From Pirellulales bacterium (GTDB lineage Bacteria; Planctomycetota; Planctomycetia; Pirellulales; PALSA-1355): a DNA stretch of 64,000 nt. Positions within the stretch are counted from its first letter, which is position 1. Each line of letters opens with the position of its first letter. The notes below the pieces were generated by a model. It was given only the letters and a program-made list of their open reading frames with translations. It made no database searches and was not told where the DNA came from. The stretch lies in NCBI GenBank assembly GCA_963733035.1, contig CAVTBU010000007.1:448001-512000 (forward strand), in the 5' to 3' direction. This document shows positions 13,827 to 23,215 of this stretch, piece after piece. The position numbers and the translations under genes are program-made.

Positions 13827-15230
13827 ATGGCCGCTCGCGAAAACCAAGGCCTGCAGATCGCGCTGATCATCTTTGTGATCCTCACGATCATTCTGATCGT
13901 CACCACCTACATGTTCTTTAGCAGCTACTCGCAGGAGCGCGATCGGGCCAAGAGCCTGGCCGAGCAGAAGACCACCGCCGATGGCGCCGCGTCGAAGGCC
14001 ATCGCCGAGACCGAAGAGATGAAGCTGCTCATCGGCGGCGATCCCAATCTGACGGTCGAGGCGATCAAGGAGTCGGGACTCGCCGACATTCAAACCAACG
14101 GCGAAGGTCTCCCCGAATCGAAACAGAACTATCGGGCGCTGGTCGAACACATGGCCGGCAAGTTGCACGAATTCGAAGCAAGCAACGTCAAGCTCACCGC
14201 CCAAGCCAAGGAGCTTAACGACAAGCTGGCCGCCAACGGTGAGGCCGCCAAGGCCGAGGTCGCCCAATACGTCGAGAAATTGAATCAGACCGCCAGCGAC
14301 TTGGAGAGCGAGCGCAACAAATTCGGCACCGACCGCACGGAGCTCACCGGTCAAATGCAGCAACTCGCTACGAAGTTCCAAACGACCGAGGCCGATCGCG
14401 AGAAGCTCGCACAGAAGTCGGCCGGGCAAATCGCGGCCCTCTCTGGCGAACTCAAGCAAAATGAAACGCTACTGCGGCGCTTGCAGGAAAAGGAAGAGAC
14501 CGACAAGAAGGCCAACGAGTATCCCGACGGCAAAGTCACTCGCGTAAACCAGCGCACCCGCCTGGTCTGGATTGACGTGGGGCCGGCCGACGGATTGCGA
14601 AATCAAACGTCGTTTGTGATCGTCTCGCCGGAGGACGGCAATCCGATCAAGTCGACTCCCAAGGCAAAAATCCAAGTCGTGCGACTAACCGCCGATCACC
14701 AGGCCGAGGCCAGGATTGTGGAAGACGACCTGTCGAATCCGATCATGCCGGGCGACAACATCTTTTCCACCGTCTGGGAATCGGGCCGTCAGGAACATTT
14801 TGCCCTGGCGGGCCGCATGGACATCGACGACGACGATCACGACGACCGGCAATTGATTCATGACCTGATCTCGCTCAACGGCGGCGTCGTCGATGCCGAA
14901 GTAAACGACGACGGGGTCAAGACCGGCGAAATGTCCGTCCAAACCAAGTACCTGGTGACCGGCACCCGCCCCGGCGCCGAGTCCAAGGACGTCCAAGGCT
15001 ATAGCGACATGAAGACCGAAGCCCAAAAGCTCGGTATCAAGGAAATGGACGTGCACGAGTTCCTCGAATACATGGGTTACAAGGGACAAGAGCGGACAGT
15101 GGGGTTGGGCCGCTTTGCAAAACCAACCGACTTTAAGCCCCGGATGCCCGAGGACGTGCAGCGCACCATCGGCGGCAACGGTTTGCCGCAAGAACATCGC
15201 CAGACGCGCGGCGCCGAGCCGCGGCAGTAA
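13827..15230 (+). CDS. membrane-anchored coiled-coil protein with C-terminal BRCT-like domain
   Basis: N-terminal TM, long coiled coil, beta-rich segment, then LNGG...TKYLVTG...AQKLGIKEMDVHEF. Confidence 0.75.
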   Translation: MAARENQGLQIALIIFVILTIILIVTTYMFFSSYSQERDRAKSLAEQKTTADGAASKAIAETEEMKLLIGGDPNLTVEAIKESGLADIQTNGEGLPESKQNYRALVEHMAGKLHEFEASNVKLTAQAKELNDKLAANGEAAKAEVAQYVEKLNQTASDLESERNKFGTDRTELTGQMQQLATKFQTTEADREKLAQKSAGQIAALSGELKQNETLLRRLQEKEETDKKANEYPDGKVTRVNQRTRLVWIDVGPADGLRNQTSFVIVSPEDGNPIKSTPKAKIQVVRLTADHQAEARIVEDDLSNPIMPGDNIFSTVWESGRQEHFALAGRMDIDDDDHDDRQLIHDLISLNGGVVDAEVNDDGVKTGEMSVQTKYLVTGTRPGAESKDVQGYSDMKTEAQKLGIKEMDVHEFLEYMGYKGQERTVGLGRFAKPTDFKPRMPEDVQRTIGGNGLPQEHRQTRGAEPRQ

Positions 15231-15365
15231 GTCGACCGCGCGCGTTGTCGTGAGCGGCGACGGCGGTTGCCCGGGGCGTCTGAGTCTCGGGCGACTTGAA
15301 TTCGCCGGCTTCGTCGGGGAAACTCAAAGGTAGTCCCGCCCTGCCGGCCCGCCTGGGGTAATCGC

Positions 15366-15632
15366 ATGCCAATTCCGCTCGACGCTTCCGAAGTGCTCAA
15401 TCGCGAGTTCCTCGAGATTCGCGCGCGGCTATTGCACCTGGCGGCCTCGCTCGACCGGTTGGATCGGGCTGAGGGCTCGGTGGCAGGCGACGATCGACTG
15501 GAAAAGATTCGTCAGGGGCTGGCCCTGCTGGCGTCCGACGACGCCGACCGCGCCGAAAAGATCCAGTTACTGTTTTCGCGCCCCTACGATGAGGATTGGA
15601 TGGCGTCGCTGGATGCGCGAGGCAAACGGTAG
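15366..15632 (+). CDS. small hypothetical protein
   Basis: REFLEIRARLLHLAASLDRLDR...RAEKIQLLFSRPY; typical codon usage. Confidence 0.75.
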   Translation: MPIPLDASEVLNREFLEIRARLLHLAASLDRLDRAEGSVAGDDRLEKIRQGLALLASDDADRAEKIQLLFSRPYDEDWMASLDARGKR

Positions 15633-15682
15633 GTAAGACAAACTCTTGTGCGGCCCTGTTCCGGTCGCCGGCAAATTCTCGC

Positions 15683-16513
15683 ATGTACTACATCGATCCG
15701 CACATCCACATGGTCTCGCGCGTCACCGACGACTACGAGACGCTGGCCAAGATGGGATGCGTCGCCCTGAGCGAGCCGGCGTTTTGGGCCGGGTTCGACC
15801 GCGGCAGCGTCGATGGTTTTCGCGACTATTTTCGCCAGCTGACCGAGTTTGAGCCAAAGCGCGCCGGCTGGTACCGCATGCAGCATTACACCTGGCTGTG
15901 CATCAACGCCAAAGAGGCCGAGAATGTGAGCCTCTCGCGCGAAGTGATCGCCATGATCCCCGAATTTCTCGACAAGCCCGGCGTGTTGGGCATCGGCGAA
16001 ATCGGGCTCAACAAAAACACCAAAAACGAAGCCACCATCTTTCTTGAACACCTCGACCTGGCGGCCAAGACCGACGAGCAGATCCTGATTCATACGCCCC
16101 ATCTGGAAGACAAATACCAGGGGACGCGCATGATTCTGGATATGTTGTGCGACGACGCGCGGCTCGACCACGGCCGCGTCCTGGTCGATCACGTCGAGGA
16201 ACACACAATTCGCGCGGTGCTCGACGAAGGCTTCTGGGCTGGCATGACGCTCTACCCGGTGAGCAAATGCACCCCGGAGCGGGCCGTCGACATGGTCGAG
16301 ATGTACGGCCCCGAGCGCTTGCTCGTCAACTCCGCCGGCGATTGGGGCCCCTCGAAGCCGACCGCCGTGCCCGACTTCATTCTCGCGATGCGGCTGCGCG
16401 GTCATCCCGAGAGCCTGATCCGCCGAGTCGTCTACGAAAACCCTCTCAAGTTCTTCAGCCAAAGCCGCAACTTCGACTTCACGCCGCCGGAAGAATACGA
16501 GGCCGTAAGTTAG
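15683..16513 (+). CDS. TatD family metallohydrolase (EboB-like)
   Basis: DPHIHMVSRVTDDYE, GIGEIG, IHTPH, VDH, NSAGDWG. Confidence 0.9.
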   Translation: MYYIDPHIHMVSRVTDDYETLAKMGCVALSEPAFWAGFDRGSVDGFRDYFRQLTEFEPKRAGWYRMQHYTWLCINAKEAENVSLSREVIAMIPEFLDKPGVLGIGEIGLNKNTKNEATIFLEHLDLAAKTDEQILIHTPHLEDKYQGTRMILDMLCDDARLDHGRVLVDHVEEHTIRAVLDEGFWAGMTLYPVSKCTPERAVDMVEMYGPERLLVNSAGDWGPSKPTAVPDFILAMRLRGHPESLIRRVVYENPLKFFSQSRNFDFTPPEEYEAVS

Positions 16514-16652
16514 CCGTACTACTTCTTCCGCCGATTTGCGCCGGAGGGCTGCGATCCGCGCCGGCCAGCTAGAATGTGGCCGGTCGAACAATCCTTCGCC
16601 GCCGCCTTCGATCATCACGCAGCCGACATCTGACCACGAAAGGTTTGCCACC

Positions 16653-18137
16653 ATGCCTCGCTTCCACAAGCTGAGCCTGATCGCGCTCTTTGCTTTGATC
16701 CTTCTGGGCTCTGTTTCGATCGCACGTGCAGGTGACGCCGGCTTCAAGCCGATTTTCAACGGCAAGGATCTCACCGGTTGGGACGGCAATCCGAAGTTCT
16801 GGAGCGTCGAAGACGGCGCCATCACCGGTCGCACGACGAAAGACAACCCGACCAACGGCAACACGTTCATCATCTGGCGCAATGCGCCGGTCGACGATTT
16901 CGTGCTGCGGCTCAAGTACAAGATCGTCGGCGGCAACTCCGGTATTCAGTATCGCAGCAAGGAAGTCGACAAGTGGGTCATCTCCGGGTACCAGGGAGAC
17001 TTCGAAGCCGGCGACATGTTCTCCGGCATCCTCTACGAGGAGAAGGCACGCGGCATCCTGGCGCTGCGGGGCCAGAAGGTCACCATCAACGCCGACGGCA
17101 GCAAGGATGCCGAGCAGGTGGGCGATTCAAACGAGATTCAGTCGAAAATCAAAAAGGAAGATTGGAACGACTACGAGATCATCGCGAAGGGCAATCACCT
17201 GATCCACAAGATCAACGGCCAGGTGACCGCTGAAGTCATCGACAATCAGAAAGACAAGGCGGCCGAGAGTGGCTTGCTCGCGCTGCAGCTTCACGCCGGA
17301 CCGCCCATGGTCGTGCAGTTCAAAGACATCGAACTGAAACGCACTCGGCTGGCCGATGGCCGCAAGAAGATCGTGATGGTGGCGGGCACGCCCAGCCATG
17401 CCCCGGGCGATCACGAATTCAACGCCGGCGTCAAGCTGCTCGAGAAGTGCCTGGCCGACGTGCCCGGCATCGTCACGGCCTCCTACTTCAATGGCTGGCC
17501 GCACGATCCGACAGCTTTCGACAATGCCGACACCATCCTGCTCTACATGGACGGCGGTGGCGGCCATCCGGTCATCCAGCGGAACCGGCTGGCCGAGATC
17601 GATCAGCTCATGAAACGCGGCGTGGGTATGGCCTGTGCGCACTACGCGGTCGAAGTGCCCAAGGAAAAGGGGGGCCCCGACATGACCGATTGGATTGGCG
17701 GCTACTACGAAACCGGCTACTCGATTAATCCGCACTGGGATGCAGCGTTTTCCGACCTGCCCAGTCACCCCATCACGCGCGGCGTGCGACCGTTCACAAT
17801 CAACGACGAGTGGTATTACAACATTCGCTTCCCTGAGCGCGACAGCAAGCTCGTCCCACTGCTGTCGGCCACTCCGCCGGATCGCACCCGCCGCACCGAA
17901 GCGGCCAAGTCGCACCCTGGCCGCGAGGAAATCGTCGCCTGGGCTGTTGAGCGTCCGGACGGCGGCCGCGGCTTTGGCTTCACCGGCGGCCACAACCACA
18001 AAAACTGGGGCAACGACGACTTCCGCAAGTTCGTGCTCAACGCCCTTCTTTGGACCGCCGGCGCCGAAGTTCCCGCTGGCGGCGTTGAATCACACGTCAC
18101 CGAGAACGATCTGAAGAAGAATCTGGACCCGAAGTAA
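16653..18137 (+). CDS. secreted DUF1080 (3-keto-glycoside hydrolase-like) plus ThuA domain protein
   Basis: Signal peptide; IFNGKDLTGW, NSGIQYRS, LQLHAG; INDEWY, GFTGGH. Confidence 0.9.
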   Translation: MPRFHKLSLIALFALILLGSVSIARAGDAGFKPIFNGKDLTGWDGNPKFWSVEDGAITGRTTKDNPTNGNTFIIWRNAPVDDFVLRLKYKIVGGNSGIQYRSKEVDKWVISGYQGDFEAGDMFSGILYEEKARGILALRGQKVTINADGSKDAEQVGDSNEIQSKIKKEDWNDYEIIAKGNHLIHKINGQVTAEVIDNQKDKAAESGLLALQLHAGPPMVVQFKDIELKRTRLADGRKKIVMVAGTPSHAPGDHEFNAGVKLLEKCLADVPGIVTASYFNGWPHDPTAFDNADTILLYMDGGGGHPVIQRNRLAEIDQLMKRGVGMACAHYAVEVPKEKGGPDMTDWIGGYYETGYSINPHWDAAFSDLPSHPITRGVRPFTINDEWYYNIRFPERDSKLVPLLSATPPDRTRRTEAAKSHPGREEIVAWAVERPDGGRGFGFTGGHNHKNWGNDDFRKFVLNALLWTAGAEVPAGGVESHVTENDLKKNLDPK

Positions 18138-18150
18138 CGCCCATCGCGCA

Positions 18151-18303
18151 ACGTTTAGCCCGGAGGCAACGCCGCCGGCGCTCTCATTCACGATCCTACT
18201 GCCCAAAACGTACGTACGACGAGCGTCGTTGATGGTGCGAGCACATCCGCGCAGCATGCGGTCGTAATGCCACACGCCGTCGGCGTTGCCTCCGGGCTAA
18301 ACG
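18151..18303. repeat. inverted REP pair (REPIN-like), family 1
   Basis: CGTTTAGCCCGGAGGCAACGCCGCCGGCG at 18152-18180; reverse complement with 1 mismatch at 18275-18303. Confidence 0.9.
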
Positions 18304-18878
18304 AAGTCCGTCACGAACGACCAACGCTGTGGCGGCTTGCCTTCCTTGATTGGATTCAGCTCAACGTATTTGATGGCTGCGCGGATGTTCGCGTCGTCGT
18401 CAAGAAACGTTTTCCACTGGCCCTTCTCCCACAGCGACGGCAATTTTCCATTGGCAGCGAATTCGGTCATTGGGTGAATCGCTTCTCTTTTGAGCTGCTT
18501 CGTGGCTTCGCCCTTTAGTAGCGTGCACACCTTTTCAATCGAGAACCGGTGCCGACCAATGACCATGTGCACATGCTCCGGCATGATTGAGCATGCCAGC
18601 ACCGTCAATCCGCTCCTGCGGACGGCACCGCCTAACCCGCGGCCAATCGCACGTGCTTGCGCACCGTTCAATCGTACGGCGGGATAGCGCAGTGCAGTCG
18701 AGGCTTTGCTTCGCCACCGCTCCCATCGATCACGTTCAATATGTTTTGTCGATCGTCCTGTTGGTTTACCATACGTCGAAAGTTCCCACGACGCGACGAA
18801 ATCCGACCAGGAACCCCGCGGATCATTCGGCAGCCAAAATCCGTAGACGCCCCAAATGAGATGATATGCGCGAACCAT
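18297..18878 (-). mobile_element. REP-associated tyrosine transposase (RAYT, Y1/IS200 superfamily)
   Basis: YHLIWGVYGFWLPNDPRG, HUH motif MPEHVHMV, catalytic AIKYVELNP; REPs on both sides. Confidence 0.9.
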
Positions 18879-18881
18879 ATC

Positions 18882-19056
18882 CGTTTAGCCCGGAGGCAAC
18901 GCCGACGGTCTTTTGTTTTTTTGGGAGTTCTTATCGACGCATTCCGCGCAGAAAGATTCGCGCAATCAGCAATGTTATCAAACGGTAATCCTCTTCTAGC
19001 CCTCTTTTAGCCGGACGACACACAAAACGCCGTCGGCGCTGCCTCCGGGCTAAACG
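18882..19056. repeat. inverted REP pair (REPIN-like), family 1
   Basis: CGTTTAGCCCGGAGGCAACGCCGACGG at 18882-18908; reverse complement at about 19030-19056. Confidence 0.9.
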
Positions 19057-19065
19057 TTTCTTCGG

Positions 19066-20388
19066 TTAAATTCCGTACTGCCGCAGCACCAGTTCGCAGA
19101 CGTCGGTGTCGGCCATCGCCGGGCCGGTCAGCACCCCTTTTTCGCTGGCGATAATGATGCCGCGCTGGCTTTCATCGCGCGCCGGCGCGCCGTGTGAGCC
19201 GCGGACAAGCGCGGCGTCGAGCGGCGTGCTCTTGGTGGCCATGTCCAGGTGCATCTCCACCGGGTCGTAGCCCGGCTTGCGATGGATATCGACGGTCCGC
19301 GCATACTTCGGCGCGCGATCGTCGTCCAGCCACCAATAGTACGCCTGCCAACTGTTCGGGGTTGAAACCAGCACGATCTCCCCTGCCCTTTCGTGGTCGA
19401 GTTCGTAGGTCGCGCGCTGCGGGCCAACGAGCACCTCGGCGATCCCCTCGCGCCCGTCGAATCGCTTGGCCACCGGTTCAACGTCGGCCGGGTTTGGCAC
19501 AAACACGTGCGCGAATTGATGGTCGACCAAGGCCCACGCCCGGCTACCGGCGAAGTCCAATTGCTCTCGCCCATCGGCGTCGTTCTTAACGGCCAGCAAG
19601 TCTGCCTCGCGCAGCACGCGGTTCGGATACACGACGTGGTTGACTGGTACGATCGTGTATTCGCTGGCCACGAGCCACAGCGGCGGAGCGTTATCGTCCG
19701 CGGCGTTCATCCCCGCGACCAGCCGCGCAATTGCGCCGTCGAGCTCGACCAAGGCCTTCAGGGCCTGCTCGCTGTCGGGGCCGAATTTTTGCGCCGCATA
19801 GTCCAGATGCGGCAGATAGATGTAAAAAAAGTGCGGATGATGCTGCCGGGCTGCCCACACGGCCGAGTCGCAAATCCAGCCGGTCGACTTGATGTTCGAC
19901 AGCGGTCCCCAAAAATGCTGCAGCGGAAAGTGCCCCAGCGCGTCGCGCAGCGTGCCGTACATTTCGGTCGGCTTGGTATAGCACCACAGCGACTCGGTGC
20001 CGTCGGGATTGTGGATCGGCGCCGGAGTGCAAATGTAGTCCGCGCCGCAGCCCTTGCTGTGCAGCGGAAACCATACGGCCGATGTGATCGTCGGATCGTG
20101 CTCGTGCAGGATATCCCAGATCTGCGGCCGCTGGATGCAGTCGTTCCAGGCGGTCCACATCTCAACTTCGTGCTTGCCGCGCCAGTAAAACCCGTTGGCA
20201 ACGACGCCATGCTCGCGCGGCGACTTCCCGGTGGTCATGTTGGCCTGCACGGGGCAAGTAACCGCCGGAAAGCCAGGTACCAGGCTCGTCTGATCGCCTT
20301 CGGCCGCCATCCCAGCCAGCGTGGGCATGTGGGCCAGGTCCTGCTTGCGCAGGCCGGGAATCGACAACAGCACGACACCATCAGGCAT
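19066..20388 (-). CDS. alkaline phosphatase/nucleotide pyrophosphatase family (EboF-like)
   Basis: [53 protein letters not shown]. Confidence 0.9.
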   Translation of the reverse strand: MPDGVVLLSIPGLRKQDLAHMPTLAGMAAEGDQTSLVPGFPAVTCPVQANMTTGKSPREHGVVANGFYWRGKHEVEMWTAWNDCIQRPQIWDILHEHDPTITSAVWFPLHSKGCGADYICTPAPIHNPDGTESLWCYTKPTEMYGTLRDALGHFPLQHFWGPLSNIKSTGWICDSAVWAARQHHPHFFYIYLPHLDYAAQKFGPDSEQALKALVELDGAIARLVAGMNAADDNAPPLWLVASEYTIVPVNHVVYPNRVLREADLLAVKNDADGREQLDFAGSRAWALVDHQFAHVFVPNPADVEPVAKRFDGREGIAEVLVGPQRATYELDHERAGEIVLVSTPNSWQAYYWWLDDDRAPKYARTVDIHRKPGYDPVEMHLDMATKSTPLDAALVRGSHGAPARDESQRGIIIASEKGVLTGPAMADTDVCELVLRQYGI

Positions 20389-20549
20389 AATGGACGCGTC
20401 CTTGTATATGGAGGGTAGGTGCGGCCGCGCGCCGGCAAGCACCGTGTCGCGGCATTTTATCCGAAGTGGCGTTGGCCGCGAAGTCTATTGGCTGCGCGCA
20501 ACGGATACCTCCGTACCCAGCACGCCGAGATTGAGAACGCCGAACAATC

Positions 20550-21197
20550 CTAGTCCGCCTTGCCACCACTTGCCGATGACGAAGATTCCGTCTCAGATGA
20601 CGACGATTCCGCGTCTTCGCTCGGGGGCGGCTCTTGCTCGATCACCACGAACTCGTAGCCGTCTTTCGATTCGGTAGGACGAATTTGGAAACGCGTACGG
20701 CGAATCTCGCGCGGATCGCGCTTGGCATGAGCCCGTTCCACCTGCTGCATCAGCCGTTGCGTCTCGGGCGGAAAGAAGTGCAGCAGCTCCTTGCGGTTGC
20801 TGTTGATGCCGGCGCGGCCCAACAGGCGGCGGTCGACGGCGCGTAGTGCGCCCGACTTCCAGCCGATGTACAACCGTTCGTCATTCTCGTGACGGCCGAT
20901 GTGCTTGGCTGGCTTCGACTCGGAAACGTGCGAGATGTACTCGATGCGGTCGTCCTTCGACACCGCGGCAATCTCAATCTTGAAGAAATCGAGCTGCCGC
21001 GCGTATTCCTCCTCGGAGATCGTTTCCGGAAAGGTCACCTCCCACTCGGCCCGTGGACCGTACGAGCCCGTGTAGACGTAGTTTTTGGCCGACTCTTCCT
21101 CTTCGGCGGAATCGACCGATGGTGGAGCCGCATGCGCCGCGGCCGAGAGCGCCACGGCCAAACCGATGCACCAATGCCAACAAATGTGCCGTTCCAT
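20550..21197 (-). CDS. secreted hypothetical protein
   Basis: Signal peptide ending AAHA; YARQLDFFKIEI motif; Ser/Glu-rich tail. Confidence 0.7.
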   Translation of the reverse strand: MERHICWHWCIGLAVALSAAAHAAPPSVDSAEEEESAKNYVYTGSYGPRAEWEVTFPETISEEEYARQLDFFKIEIAAVSKDDRIEYISHVSESKPAKHIGRHENDERLYIGWKSGALRAVDRRLLGRAGINSNRKELLHFFPPETQRLMQQVERAHAKRDPREIRRTRFQIRPTESKDGYEFVVIEQEPPPSEDAESSSSETESSSSASGGKAD

Positions 21198-21292
21198 GCT
21201 GCTGCTCGAGTCGCAAGTCGAAAGGATTCGTCTCGAAGGATACCACCGGCGCGAAATCATTGGCTTCCCGCGGTGGCCGTACGGGCATTATA

Positions 21293-22195
21293 TCACGTCG
21301 AATAGATCCAGCGGCCAATCACAAGCATCGGCACGAGCAACAGCAGGATCACGATGCCCCACACGATTTCCTGTGCGGCAAGCACGGCCGCGGCATCGAT
21401 GACGATCAGCGAAAAGATGCAATTCTTGACGGCCAATTGCACCACCGGCGGCCGCGGATCAAACACCGCCCGCAGGCAGCGGTAACCGATCAGCATCGCC
21501 AGCATGCACCAGAACACGTACCAGTTGGACCGCACGTGAATGGCGGGCCACTCGCCGCCGTGGGACCACATCGGCATCGACGCCACGATGCCCAACCCGG
21601 CCAGCAAGATCGCCAGTCCCAGTGCCAGTTGCCCTCGGCCGCTATCACTCGCTTCGCTGCGGGCAAACGTCGTGACGCCGACGATATACACGCCGATGCC
21701 GACTGCCACGGCCCAGTGCGCCCCGCTCCAGGGATCAAGCGAGACGCTCATGCCCAACAACACGTTCAGCATGCGGCAGCTTCCCATCACCAGCGGCGCG
21801 AGCGGCGTCGGCTTGAGCACGCCGTCATACACGTACACGGCGCCGGCCAACAGCGTTGCAATCAAGCCCGGTCGATAATCTCCAGCCACTGCCGTCACGA
21901 TCCACGCCAGCAGCACTCCGCCGGCGAGCAGGCCAAAACCCAACCGCTGGGCCACCTGCTCCGAAACGCGGCCGGAGGGAATCGGACGAAACGGACGCTC
22001 GCGGGTGTCCTGTTCGCGATCGAAATAGTCGTTCAGCACCATTCCCGCCAGGTACAGCGAGCAAGACGCTGCCACCAGTAGCGCGAATTGGGGCCACGGT
22101 TCGAGTTGCCGGTGCGTCAGCAGAAAGCCAAGCAAAATGTCGGCCATCGCCGTAAAGACGTTCGGCAGCCGGACAAGTTGCAGGTAGGCACGCAC
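21293..22195 (-). CDS. UbiA family prenyltransferase (EboC-like)
   Basis: RLPNVFTAMADI, GMVLNDYFDREQD..ERPFRPIPSGRV, YDGVLK, MGSCRMLN. Confidence 0.92.
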   Translation of the reverse strand: MRAYLQLVRLPNVFTAMADILLGFLLTHRQLEPWPQFALLVAASCSLYLAGMVLNDYFDREQDTRERPFRPIPSGRVSEQVAQRLGFGLLAGGVLLAWIVTAVAGDYRPGLIATLLAGAVYVYDGVLKPTPLAPLVMGSCRMLNVLLGMSVSLDPWSGAHWAVAVGIGVYIVGVTTFARSEASDSGRGQLALGLAILLAGLGIVASMPMWSHGGEWPAIHVRSNWYVFWCMLAMLIGYRCLRAVFDPRPPVVQLAVKNCIFSLIVIDAAAVLAAQEIVWGIVILLLLVPMLVIGRWIYST

Positions 22196-22251
22196 GGCAG
22201 AAGGATGACGGCAGAAGGAGGAAGGAGGAAAAAGAGAACGCCCGATAGCGG

Positions 22252-23115
22252 CTAGGCCTCCAGTTCAATGTTCAACTTCTTGAGCAGCGCTGTCAGGTAG
22301 TCGTGCGATTCGCGGGCAGCGTCATCCGGGGTGTCGATGTATGGATACAGCTCGACCGTCAACCAGTCGTCGTAACCACTGGCCGCAATGGCGCGAATCG
22401 TCGCCTCGAGATTGATGGCACCGCGGCCGGGAATCAAGTGCCGGTGAACGCGCGTCTCGGCGATGTCTTCAAGATGATAGTGGACCGTATGCGGGGCCAT
22501 CTTGGCGACCCAATTCTGCGGATCCTCGCCCACGCAGTAGGCATGGCCAATGTCGAAGTTCAGGCCGATCCAGGGCGAGTCGATCCGCGCAGCGAATTCC
22601 AGGTACTCCCCGAACTTCTCGATCAGCAGATCCGGCTCGGGTTCAATCAGTAGTTTCACCTCCACCTGCTCGGCCACTTCGACGCAGGGCATCAACTCAT
22701 CGTAAAACGTCTGGGCGGCGTCCTGCCAGCTCGTGCCCTCGACCACCTTGCCGCCGGGCTCGGTGGTGACGTTCGGCGCGCCGAGTTCCGCGGCCAGTTT
22801 TAGCGCCCGTTTCGTATGCTCGCGGCGAATGGCTCGATAGTTTGGTTCCGGGTCGGTCCAGCCGGGATACCAGTACGGCTGTCGCGGGTCGGCCACGGCG
22901 TTCATCATGAAGGCGTTGACGTTCGATATCTTCAGGTGATGCTTATCGAGCGCGCGGCGGATCGATTCCTTCCGCTCGGGCAACAAGCCGGCCGGCCAGG
23001 CGTGCGGAACGTCGGCCAAAAGCTCGATGCCCTGATACCCCAGGCTGGCGATTTTTTCGATCGTCGCTTCGATCGAAAAATGCAGGTACGCGTTGGAACT
23101 GAAAGCAAGCTTCAT
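22252..23115 (-). CDS. sugar phosphate isomerase/epimerase (xylose-isomerase-like TIM barrel)
   Basis: ELLADVPH, IEPEP, NFDIGH, HLED, HLIPGRG, VELYP. Confidence 0.9.
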   Translation of the reverse strand: MKLAFSSNAYLHFSIEATIEKIASLGYQGIELLADVPHAWPAGLLPERKESIRRALDKHHLKISNVNAFMMNAVADPRQPYWYPGWTDPEPNYRAIRREHTKRALKLAAELGAPNVTTEPGGKVVEGTSWQDAAQTFYDELMPCVEVAEQVEVKLLIEPEPDLLIEKFGEYLEFAARIDSPWIGLNFDIGHAYCVGEDPQNWVAKMAPHTVHYHLEDIAETRVHRHLIPGRGAINLEATIRAIAASGYDDWLTVELYPYIDTPDDAARESHDYLTALLKKLNIELEA

Positions 23116-23215
23116 CGGCAAGTAGCCCCGGGGTGGGTGACTGATTCAAGGGCTGCGGCGGGTGACAAGCCGGGCATTGTACACGCGTGAAGCCCGGCCC
23201 GGGAGAGCGGATCGC

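Noticed and set aside
18151..19056. The four 29-nt repeats as a CRISPR array
   Set aside because: Alternating orientation, long irregular spacers, no cas genes, and they flank a Y1 transposase.
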